14,614 bases of DNA from NCBI GenBank assembly GCA_031372065.1, contig JANMKN010000239.1, forward strand, positions 1 to 14,614, read 5' to 3'. The notes under the pieces were generated by a model. The model saw only the letters and a list, made by a program, of their open reading frames with translations. It ran no database searches and had not been told where the DNA came from. Made by a program: the position numbers and the translations under genes. This DNA comes from Abditibacteriaceae bacterium. GTDB taxonomy: Bacteria > Armatimonadota > Abditibacteriia > Abditibacteriales > Abditibacteriaceae. Positions 1 through 7,241 of this stretch are shown piece after piece (positions within the stretch are counted from its first letter, which is position 1; each line of letters opens with the position of its first letter).

Positions 1-108
1 GTTGTTGGATATGTCAAGGGTAAGAGAAGAATTTTTCAGGAATTTTTAAGGGAAAATCGAAAAAATGCTGCAAAATTAGTGGTTAAGCGAAGGATTTTGC
101 GCTCAAGG

Positions 109-137
109 TTGCGCTTTTTGAGGCCAGCCTTTATAAT
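109..137 (+). promoter_or_regulatory. sigma70-type promoter for the tRNA gene
   Basis: TTGCGC (109-114), 17-bp spacer, perfect TATAAT (132-137), 32 nt upstream of the tRNA 5' end. Confidence 0.75.
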
Positions 138-169
138 TTGAAGGGCGTCTGAAACGGACGGCATTTCGC

Positions 170-242
170 GGGTCGTTAGCTCAGTTGGTAGAGCAGGGGA
201 CTCTTAATCCCAAGGTCGCAGGTTCGACCCCTGCACGACCCA
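170..242 (+). tRNA. tRNA-Lys, anticodon CTT (CCA end not encoded)
   Basis: Acceptor stem GGGTCGT/ACGACCC, D-arm GCTC-AGTTGGTA-GAGC, anticodon loop CT-CTT-AA (203-205), T-arm GCAGG-TTCGACC-CCTGC, discriminator A242 followed by TTT. Confidence 0.97.
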
Positions 243-289
243 TTTCCTCAAGACCAGATTTTCATTGCAGTCTGGCATTTTACTTCTCC

Positions 290-319
290 TTTTATATTTC
301 CAAATTTTATATTTCCAAA
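290..319. repeat. 15-bp perfect tandem duplication TTTTATATTTCCAAA x2
   Basis: Copies at 290-304 and 305-319. Confidence 0.9.
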
Positions 320-442
320 ATTTGCAGCACCGCGATTTTTCGTTAGCGGTAAATCGTGGTGCGGCCCCATCGCGCTTGCTGCTAAAAGGAATCTCCTGAG
401 CAAAAAACAGAACGAAATTCCTGTTACAATTGCCTTAAGAAA

Positions 443-1954
443 ATGACGAAACCGCGCGCGAAATTTGGCTCCCGATTGCGGCAATGGTGGGAAAATTGGC
501 CGTTGCCTTCGGTGCGTCTGGCGATATGGGTGGCGTTGGGAGCGATTTTATGGGTTGGAGCGGCAGTGGCGCCCGATTTTCGTCTTGTGGCGCTGGCTTA
601 CGATGGTCTTGTTTTGCTTTTGGCCACCTTGGATTTATTGATTTCGCCGCGCCCGCACCACTTTGAAATCGAACGTGAAGTCGCCCCCAAAATGAATCTC
701 GGCGTGCCCAATGTCGTGACTCTCAAAGCGCGCAGCCGCGCTCGTGTTCCTGTTATTCTCACCATACGCGATGAGCCGCCTTTAGGCTGGCCGGTTTCGT
801 TGCCAGCGCTGGAAAAGGGCGCTGAATCACAAGCGTCCCCTGATGTTTTACTGTCGCGTTTGTTGCCCGGTTTGACACCGCCGCCTTTGGCGCGCGTAAC
901 GCTAAAAATCGCCGCGCCGCGCAATGTGGTCGCCATCGAAAATTCCGGCACTTATCGCGTGACGCCAACACGACGCGGCGATTTTGTTTTTGAAAACATA
1001 TCGGCACGCTATGGAACGGCGTTGGGTTTGTGGCATCGCCAATTTCGTCGCGAAGTGCCGATTTCGGTGCGCGTTTATCCTGATGTCAGCGAAGTGCATC
1101 GCTATGAATTGCGTTTGCGCGAAGGCAAATTGCGCGATATGGGTTTGCATCTTTTGCGCTTGCGTGGACGCGGCACAGAATTCGAGAGTTTGCGCGATTA
1201 TACGCGCGATGACGAATATAAAAATATTAACTGGAAAGCCTCGGCGCGGCGTGGCAAATTAATCTCCACTGATTACGAAATTGAACGCGATCAGACTGTT
1301 GTTATCGCCCTTGATTGTGGGCGCATGATGACGGCGATGGCAACGCTCAGTGAGCAGTCGTCGGCGAGCGGTGAGCAGAATTCGACTTCTCTTTCCAAAC
1401 TCGATTGTGCCATCAACGCGGCGGTTTTGTTAGCGCACGTTTCGGCTTCGATGGGCGATGCTGTCGGGCTTTTGCTGTTTTCTGATACTGTTTTGAAATG
1501 GGTGCCGCCCAAAAAAGGTCGCCTTCAAACCGGCACGATTATCGAGGCACTTTATGGCGCGCAACCGACTTTGGTGGAGCCGGATTATGCTGCTGCCTAT
1601 GAATATCTGCTGTCGCGTAAAATGCGCCGTGCGTTGGTCATCACGTTTACCGATTTAATTGATCCTGATGCCTCGCGCGAATTGCTTTCAGCCAGTGGCG
1701 CGTTGCGTCGGCATCATAATCCGCTGTGTGTCACAATAAATAACCGCGACGTGATGGATTTAGCCGCCGTCATGCCGCAGCGCGGCGAAGAGCTTTATCA
1801 AAAAGCGATGGCGCAAAAAATGTTGCATCAACGTCAAGGCGCGCTCGAAGCCCTGCGTCACAACGGCGTTGGCATTTTAGATGTCGAAGCCGCGCATTTG
1901 ACGGTTGCAGCAGTGAATCGTTATCTCGATTTAAAAAGCCGTGGCGCGCTTTAG
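443..1954 (+). CDS. DUF58-family protein with N-terminal membrane helices and vWA-like C-terminus
   Basis: 503-aa ORF; hydrophobic N-terminus; RRGDF...VRVYP; GTEFESLRDY..DD...INWKASAR; vWA-like VVIALDCGRMM, DAVGLLLF, VITFTD. Confidence 0.9.
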   Translation: MTKPRAKFGSRLRQWWENWPLPSVRLAIWVALGAILWVGAAVAPDFRLVALAYDGLVLLLATLDLLISPRPHHFEIEREVAPKMNLGVPNVVTLKARSRARVPVILTIRDEPPLGWPVSLPALEKGAESQASPDVLLSRLLPGLTPPPLARVTLKIAAPRNVVAIENSGTYRVTPTRRGDFVFENISARYGTALGLWHRQFRREVPISVRVYPDVSEVHRYELRLREGKLRDMGLHLLRLRGRGTEFESLRDYTRDDEYKNINWKASARRGKLISTDYEIERDQTVVIALDCGRMMTAMATLSEQSSASGEQNSTSLSKLDCAINAAVLLAHVSASMGDAVGLLLFSDTVLKWVPPKKGRLQTGTIIEALYGAQPTLVEPDYAAAYEYLLSRKMRRALVITFTDLIDPDASRELLSASGALRRHHNPLCVTINNRDVMDLAAVMPQRGEELYQKAMAQKMLHQRQGALEALRHNGVGILDVEAAHLTVAAVNRYLDLKSRGAL

Positions 1955-1960
1955 CCACTT

Positions 1961-1994
1961 ATCTGGTAGGGCACTTAATCTGGTAGGGCACTTA
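1961..1994. repeat. 17-bp perfect tandem duplication ATCTGGTAGGGCACTTA x2 covering the cheW ribosome-binding region
   Basis: Copies at 1961-1977 and 1978-1994, just before ATG 1997. Confidence 0.9.
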
Positions 1995-1996
1995 AT

Positions 1997-2491
1997 ATGA
2001 GCGACCATTTTCTCGTTTTTGCGTTGGACGGGCAGCGTTGCGCTTTGCCTTTGGCGCGTGTCGAGCGCGTGTTGCGCGCCGTGGAAATCACAGCTTTGCC
2101 GGGTGCGAAACTGCCGATGCAAGTGCGCGGCGTGGTCAATGTGCATGGCACGGTGATGCCCGTTTTCGATTTGCGTCCCGTGCGGCGGCACGAAGAGGTG
2201 CGCGAAAGCGAACAAATGATTTTGGTGGCGCTCGGCACGCAGCGACAAGCCTTGATTTTATGTGATGATGTCGAAGGCGTGCGTCAAGTAAACAGCGAAG
2301 ACATCGCTTCGTCGCGTGAGATGCTGCCGGAAACTTTGGCCGGACGTGGCGATGTGTTGAATATTGAAGGCGAATTAATTTACGTCAGCGATTTGGATGC
2401 TCTTATGGAAGGCGACGCGTGGCAGCAATGGCAGGCGGCGTTGGCGGCGTCAAGCGATGGCAAAGCCGACAAGGAAATAATCAGTCATTGA
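1997..2491 (+). CDS. cheW: CheW-family chemotaxis adaptor
   Basis: FLVFALDGQRCALPLARVERV and GVVNVHGTVMPVFDLR motifs; context of che genes. Confidence 0.9.
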   Translation: MSDHFLVFALDGQRCALPLARVERVLRAVEITALPGAKLPMQVRGVVNVHGTVMPVFDLRPVRRHEEVRESEQMILVALGTQRQALILCDDVEGVRQVNSEDIASSREMLPETLAGRGDVLNIEGELIYVSDLDALMEGDAWQQWQAALAASSDGKADKEIISH

Positions 2492-2509
2492 TAATTCGAT
2501 TTTACGAAA

Positions 2510-4003
2510 ATGTCCGAGCAAATCAAAAAGAAAAACTCAGTCATTTTATCGGTTGACGAGACAGTGCTGCGCCGCCTTAGCGTGCTGATTCGTGACCAAA
2601 TGGGCTTGGATTTTACGTCCGGCAACCTCGCCGATCTGGAACGTGGTTTGCTGCGCGCCACTGAAGATTTTGGCTTTCAAGGCGCCGATGCCGCGCAGCG
2701 CTGTGCGGAAAAGCTGATTGCGGGGCCACTGTCAAACGCGCAAATTGAGATTCTGGCGGGCTATCTCACCATTGGCGAGACGTATTTTTTTCGCGATCCG
2801 GCCTTGTTTGAATTGTTGCGCGCCCATGTCTGGCCCGCGCTTTTGCAATTGAACCGCGCCGCAGGCCGTCGTGAGTTGCGTATCTGGAGTGCCGCTTGTT
2901 GCAGTGGGGAAGAACCCTATTCGCTCGCCATGCAGTTGCACACGTTATTGCCCCGTTTATTGCCCGATTGGAAGGCGTGGAAAGTCACGATTTTAGCGAC
3001 GGATTTAAACCCGGCCTTTTTGAAAAAAGCCGAAACTGCCATTTACAGTGCCTGGTCATTTCGCTCGGCGGCGCAGCAGGAACAAAAATTATATTTTGAC
3101 GAAATCTCTGAAGGCCGCTTCCAACTCAAAGCCGAAATCCGTCGCTATGTGCAATTTGCCCCTTTCAATTTGATTACGGGCCAATTTCCCACGTTGGGCA
3201 ATGGCACGGCCCAGCAGGACATTATATTTTGCCGCAATGTGTTGATGTATTTCGCGCCCCAACAAGCGCGCGCTGTCGCGTTGAACCTGATTCAATGCCT
3301 GAACGAAGGTGGTTATCTGGTGCCGGCGGCCAGCGAAGCCTCACAAAGTCTCTTTGCTCCGTTGGTAACCGCGCCGTTGCCCGGCGCGATTCTCTACCAA
3401 AAACCCGTATCTGCGCCGCTTCTTGAGCCACGCAGTCGTCCAATGGAAAGACCACTCGTGAAAAACGTGACGCCGCCTGTCAAGGCCCGCGCGACAACCT
3501 CCGTGGCTCCCAAAAAGCCCGAACCTGCGTCGGCCCCAATTTCTGCGCAAGACAAATTGGCGGAGGAATGGCAGGAAAAAGCGCGCTTGTCAGCGGGTTT
3601 AGGCCATTTGGACGAGGCGTTGGTCTTTTGCGATCTCGCTATTCAAGAAAACAAAATGGTGGCACGTTATTATTACTTGCGGGCTTCGATTTTGTTGGAA
3701 AAACCAGCCTCGGAGAACGAAAATACAGCCTTTCCCGAAAGCGAAGCCGAAGTTGCTCTGCGCCGTGCGTTGTATTTGGAACCGGATTTCGCGTTAGCGC
3801 ATTTTGTGCTGGGCAATCTCGAACGACGGCGCGGCAGAGCGGCAGCCGCACGCCGTTCATGGCAAAATGCATTGCGTTTGTTGGAAGAATCGCCGCCTGA
3901 ATCGCTTTTGGACGGCGGCGAAGATTTAACCGTTGGGCACGCCATCGCTATGATCGAACGCGGTTTGTCCACTTTAAACGAATCTACCCTTTCTGAAACA
4001 TGA
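2510..4003 (+). CDS. cheR: CheR methyltransferase with C-terminal TPR region (WspC/FrzF-like)
   Basis: TIGETYFFRD, RIWSAACCSGEEPYSLAM, ILATDL, DIIFCRNVLMYF; Pro-rich linker then TPR motif ALRRALYLEPDFALAHFVLG. Confidence 0.93.
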   Translation: MSEQIKKKNSVILSVDETVLRRLSVLIRDQMGLDFTSGNLADLERGLLRATEDFGFQGADAAQRCAEKLIAGPLSNAQIEILAGYLTIGETYFFRDPALFELLRAHVWPALLQLNRAAGRRELRIWSAACCSGEEPYSLAMQLHTLLPRLLPDWKAWKVTILATDLNPAFLKKAETAIYSAWSFRSAAQQEQKLYFDEISEGRFQLKAEIRRYVQFAPFNLITGQFPTLGNGTAQQDIIFCRNVLMYFAPQQARAVALNLIQCLNEGGYLVPAASEASQSLFAPLVTAPLPGAILYQKPVSAPLLEPRSRPMERPLVKNVTPPVKARATTSVAPKKPEPASAPISAQDKLAEEWQEKARLSAGLGHLDEALVFCDLAIQENKMVARYYYLRASILLEKPASENENTAFPESEAEVALRRALYLEPDFALAHFVLGNLERRRGRAAAARRSWQNALRLLEESPPESLLDGGEDLTVGHAIAMIERGLSTLNESTLSET

Positions 4004-4082
4004 CCGAAAAAAGAACGCCGCGACAGCCGCTACGCCTGCGGCAACGCAAAAACAAAGCAAAAACGACGCGATTTTTCAATAA

Positions 4083-4271
4083 TTGACCCAAAGCGGCCAA
4101 TGTTTGACCCAAAACGGCCAATGTTTGGCTCGAAGCGGCCAATACTTGACCCGAAGCGGCCAATACTTGGCTCGAAGCGGCCAATAATTTACACCGAGAG
4201 GCCAATAATTGGCCCGAAGAGGGCTATGATTGGCGCCAAGCGGCCCTTGTTTGAGGCAAAGAACGAATTTG
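4083..4271. repeat. Degenerate 21-bp tandem repeat, about 9 units (unit 1 TTGACCCAAAGCGGCCAATGT)
   Basis: Units start at 4083, 4104, 4125, 4146, 4167, 4188, 4209, 4230, 4251 and become more degenerate toward the 3' end. Confidence 0.9.
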
Positions 4272-4282
4272 TTTTTAAATGA
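4100..4282 (+). CDS. Possible small basic heptad-repeat protein (xxxKRPx units)
   Basis: 60-aa ORF running from the end of unit 1 through unit 9; its TGA overlaps the ATG of the next cheW (ATGA); no clear RBS. Confidence 0.35.
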   Translation: MFDPKRPMFGSKRPILDPKRPILGSKRPIIYTERPIIGPKRAMIGAKRPLFEAKNEFVFK

Positions 4283-4995
4283 ATCCTGAATCTTCCCTGA
4301 CGCTCACTCCTGAGACAGCGTCTTCTCGAAACGTTTCAACTTTGGCTCGGCGCAAGCAGTCTTTGGCGCAACCGTTACTGGCCGATGAAACGCAAGACAG
4401 CCTTGAAATCGTCGTTTTTTATTTGGGAAATAAGCCTAAGCCTCTGCTGGCAAACGACGAGACGAAAATCAACGCCTTAAACGAAGTTGACAACACGGCA
4501 AACGGCCCCTTGAACGTCGCATTCGGGCAATATGCTTTTGAAACCGCACAGGTGCGTGAGGTGTTTCCGGTGTCTGACGCCTCGCAAATCGCGATGCTGC
4601 CTGGCACGCCGCCGTGGGTGCGTGGTATTCTCAACGTGCGGGGCCGAATTTTGGCCGTATTGGATTTGCAACGGCTTTTTGGTTTGCCTGCACAGGAAAC
4701 CATTTCCGGTGCGCCCGTTTTGATTTTGCGCAGTGAACTCATCGCCGAAGCGCATATTCAAGCCGAAAACGAGGATCAAGCCAACGAAACACTTGTTGTG
4801 ACAGGCGATGTCGCGTTAGCCACCAACGGCGTGGCGGGTGTGCATATCGTGCCAAGGACGCATCTCGAAACAGGTCATTCGCTTGATGGCACACCGGGTG
4901 CGCGCTATTTGCGCGGTTTGACACAAGATGGCATTGCTTTGTTAGATGCGGCCTTGTTGCTTTCAGATGTGCAATTGAACGTTCAATCGGAGTAA
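4279..4995 (+). CDS. cheW: Second CheW-family adaptor (WspD-like N-terminal helix)
   Basis: LARRKQSLAQP N-terminal helix; LPGTPPWVRGILNVRGRILAVLDL; YLRGLTQDGIALLD. Confidence 0.88.
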   Translation: MNPESSLTLTPETASSRNVSTLARRKQSLAQPLLADETQDSLEIVVFYLGNKPKPLLANDETKINALNEVDNTANGPLNVAFGQYAFETAQVREVFPVSDASQIAMLPGTPPWVRGILNVRGRILAVLDLQRLFGLPAQETISGAPVLILRSELIAEAHIQAENEDQANETLVVTGDVALATNGVAGVHIVPRTHLETGHSLDGTPGARYLRGLTQDGIALLDAALLLSDVQLNVQSE

Positions 4996-5027
4996 TCTAA
5001 AAAGCCAACAACGGTTGGGAGATTTGC

Positions 5028-7187
5028 ATGAAACATTTAAAAATGTGGCAGAAACTGACGCTGTTGAGTCTCGTGTTTCTGTTGCCCTTTGCCGTGGTGA
5101 CTTATCGTTATATGGAAGAAGTCAATGCCTTGAGCGTTGATTTTGCTCAAAAAGAAATAGTTGGTGTGAGGTATTTAAAACCGTTACGCGACTTGTTGCA
5201 TGATATACAGCGCCATCGCACGCTTTCGCAGGCCGTTTTGAACGGTGAACGTAGCGCCACCGTGACCAAAGATTTCGCCGATAACGCGACATCTTTAAAT
5301 CAACATCTCGATGCTCTCACTGCATATGATGCTAATGGGGCAGGCGCTGCCCTTGATACCAATTGGAGCGCTATGCGCTCCAAAATTGATGCTTTTTTGG
5401 CGAACTCTGGCAAACTTTCGGCCTCCGAAAGTCGCAAAGCCCACGACCAAATCATCAAAGAATTGTTGGCGTATCTCGTTCATATCGGCGATCTATCGAA
5501 TCTCGTTTTAGACCCGGATATGGATTCGTATTACCTGATGACTGTCACCATTTTTCAGGCTCCTCAACTGCGCGAATTAATGAGCCAGTCGCGCGCAATT
5601 GGAACACAAGCCACAGCTCTGGGACGCCTTACACCAGAGGCGCGTGATGACTTATCCGGTCATTTGGCGCTGATTGAGTTTTTGCGCGATGGCATTACAA
5701 CCTCCCTGGCGAAATCAGAGGCGGCAATCATCACGAGGGGTGTGCCGGAAAGCCAGACATTGCTGGATGCTATTCACACCATACAAACGAAAATGAATAC
5801 AGCCACATCTGCTTTTATCAGCACCAATCGCAAGTTGCTGGATGCGCTACCGGGCGCGCCCTTGCCTTTTTCGGCGAGTAGCTATATTCAAACGACGAAC
5901 GATCCTATCGAACAAATCACCAAGATTAAAGACATAATCAGTCCAACGCTGGAGGCCTTGTTAGAAACGCGAATAGCAACTCAAAAAGCCTCAATCCAAA
6001 AAACGCTGGTTTTGGCATTGTTAGGTTCATTAGTTGTGGCAGGTTTGGCAATCTGGATTTCCCGTGACATTACAAAACCATTGTGGCGCCTGGTTGAGAC
6101 ATCGGACAGCATTGCCTCTGGTGACCTTAAGGCTCATGTCAGCGGCATCGGACGCGGCGACGAGTTAGGCCATTTGGCGCAGTCATTCAAGCGTATGGCA
6201 GAATCGCTCATCGAAAAAGCTGTCATCGCGGACAAAATTGCGGCTGGTAACCTGCGTGTGACGCAAGGCAACGATAAAGTAGATAATTCCGAAAAGGATG
6301 TGTTGGGACACGCTTTGCTTACGATGCAACACAACTTGCGCAACATGGTAGCCGACATGAGCGAAGCCTCCAAAATCCTTGCCAGTGCTTCCAGCGAAAT
6401 TGTGGCGTCTACTTCACAATTGACAGCCAGTTCCGAAGAAACCGCCACCGCTGTCAGTGAAACCTCGGCCACTGTCGAAGAAGTGCGCCAGACCGCGCAT
6501 TTGTCGAATAAGAAAGCGCGTCAAGTGGCCGATGGCGCCTATCTTGCCTCTGAATCTGCCGCCAGTGGCAAGCAAGCCACCGAAGCCAACAGCGAGGGCA
6601 TGGAACGCATTCGCACGCAAATGGATTCCATTGCCAGCAGCATGGTTCGCTTGTCCGAGCAAAGTCAGGCCATCGGTCAGATTATCACCACTGTGGACGA
6701 TTTGACACAGCAATCGAATTTGTTGGCTGTCAACGCGGCCATCGAAGCGGCCAAGGCCGGCGAACATGGTAAAGGCTTCGCGGTTGTGGCGCACGAAGTC
6801 AAGAGTTTGGCCGAGCAATCGCGTCAGGCGACGCTACAAGTGCGCACCTTGCTCAACGACATTCAAAAAGCGACTGGGGCGGCTGTTATGGCTACCGAAC
6901 AAGGTGCCAAAGCAGTGGAAGCTGGAGTCCGTCAGTCCACATTGGCTGGTGAGGCCATTGAAAAATTAGCGGGTAGCGTGGATTTGTCCGTGCAGTCGGC
7001 TTCGCAGATTTCTGCTTCAAGTCAAGAGCAATTAATTGGCATGGATCAAGTGGCGTTGGCGATGGAAAGCGTGCGGCAGGCCAGCCATCACAACGTGGAA
7101 AGCGCACAACAATTGCAGACCTCGGCGCGTAGTTTGAGCGACCTCAGCCAACACCTGCGCGGCTTGATGGAGAATTATCAACTTTAG
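5028..7187 (+). CDS. Methyl-accepting chemotaxis protein: 2 TM helices, ~300-aa extracytoplasmic sensor, HAMP, signalling domain
   Basis: TM1 [17 protein letters not shown]; sensor motif [16 protein letters not shown]2 [32 protein letters not shown]; tip [45 protein letters not shown]. Confidence 0.95.
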   Translation: MKHLKMWQKLTLLSLVFLLPFAVVTYRYMEEVNALSVDFAQKEIVGVRYLKPLRDLLHDIQRHRTLSQAVLNGERSATVTKDFADNATSLNQHLDALTAYDANGAGAALDTNWSAMRSKIDAFLANSGKLSASESRKAHDQIIKELLAYLVHIGDLSNLVLDPDMDSYYLMTVTIFQAPQLRELMSQSRAIGTQATALGRLTPEARDDLSGHLALIEFLRDGITTSLAKSEAAIITRGVPESQTLLDAIHTIQTKMNTATSAFISTNRKLLDALPGAPLPFSASSYIQTTNDPIEQITKIKDIISPTLEALLETRIATQKASIQKTLVLALLGSLVVAGLAIWISRDITKPLWRLVETSDSIASGDLKAHVSGIGRGDELGHLAQSFKRMAESLIEKAVIADKIAAGNLRVTQGNDKVDNSEKDVLGHALLTMQHNLRNMVADMSEASKILASASSEIVASTSQLTASSEETATAVSETSATVEEVRQTAHLSNKKARQVADGAYLASESAASGKQATEANSEGMERIRTQMDSIASSMVRLSEQSQAIGQIITTVDDLTQQSNLLAVNAAIEAAKAGEHGKGFAVVAHEVKSLAEQSRQATLQVRTLLNDIQKATGAAVMATEQGAKAVEAGVRQSTLAGEAIEKLAGSVDLSVQSASQISASSQEQLIGMDQVALAMESVRQASHHNVESAQQLQTSARSLSDLSQHLRGLMENYQL

Positions 7188-7191
7188 TCCG

Positions 7192-7241
7192 TGAGCAGGG
7201 ATCAGTTGTCAGAAGAATAAAGGACAACTGATCCCTGCTCA
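7192..7241. repeat. Perfect 19-bp inverted repeat with 12-nt loop between MCP and cheA
   Basis: TGAGCAGGGATCAGTTGTC (7192-7210) / GACAACTGATCCCTGCTCA (7223-7241); no U-tract follows. Confidence 0.9.

Noticed and set aside
12..17. Perfect TTGACA on the minus strand (possible divergent promoter)
   Set aside because: The -10 position falls outside the window, so it cannot be supported
170..320. tRNA as the att site of a genomic island
   Set aside because: No integrase and no duplicated tRNA 3' end seen in the window
3984..4205. Minus-strand ORF with LAASSQV heptads
   Set aside because: Antisense to the operon, TTG start with no RBS, and closed by a TAG within the repeat (4224-4226); the periodicity is just the DNA repeat
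4083..4271. CRISPR array
   Set aside because: Units are head-to-tail with no unique spacers, are degenerate, and no cas genes are present
4084..4278. TGA/TGG alternation at one repeat position, suggesting TGA=Trp recoding in the cheW frame
   Set aside because: TGA ends cheW, cheR, GNAT, cyt b and the molybdoenzyme at plausible C-termini, and this frame also hits TAA at 4276-4278
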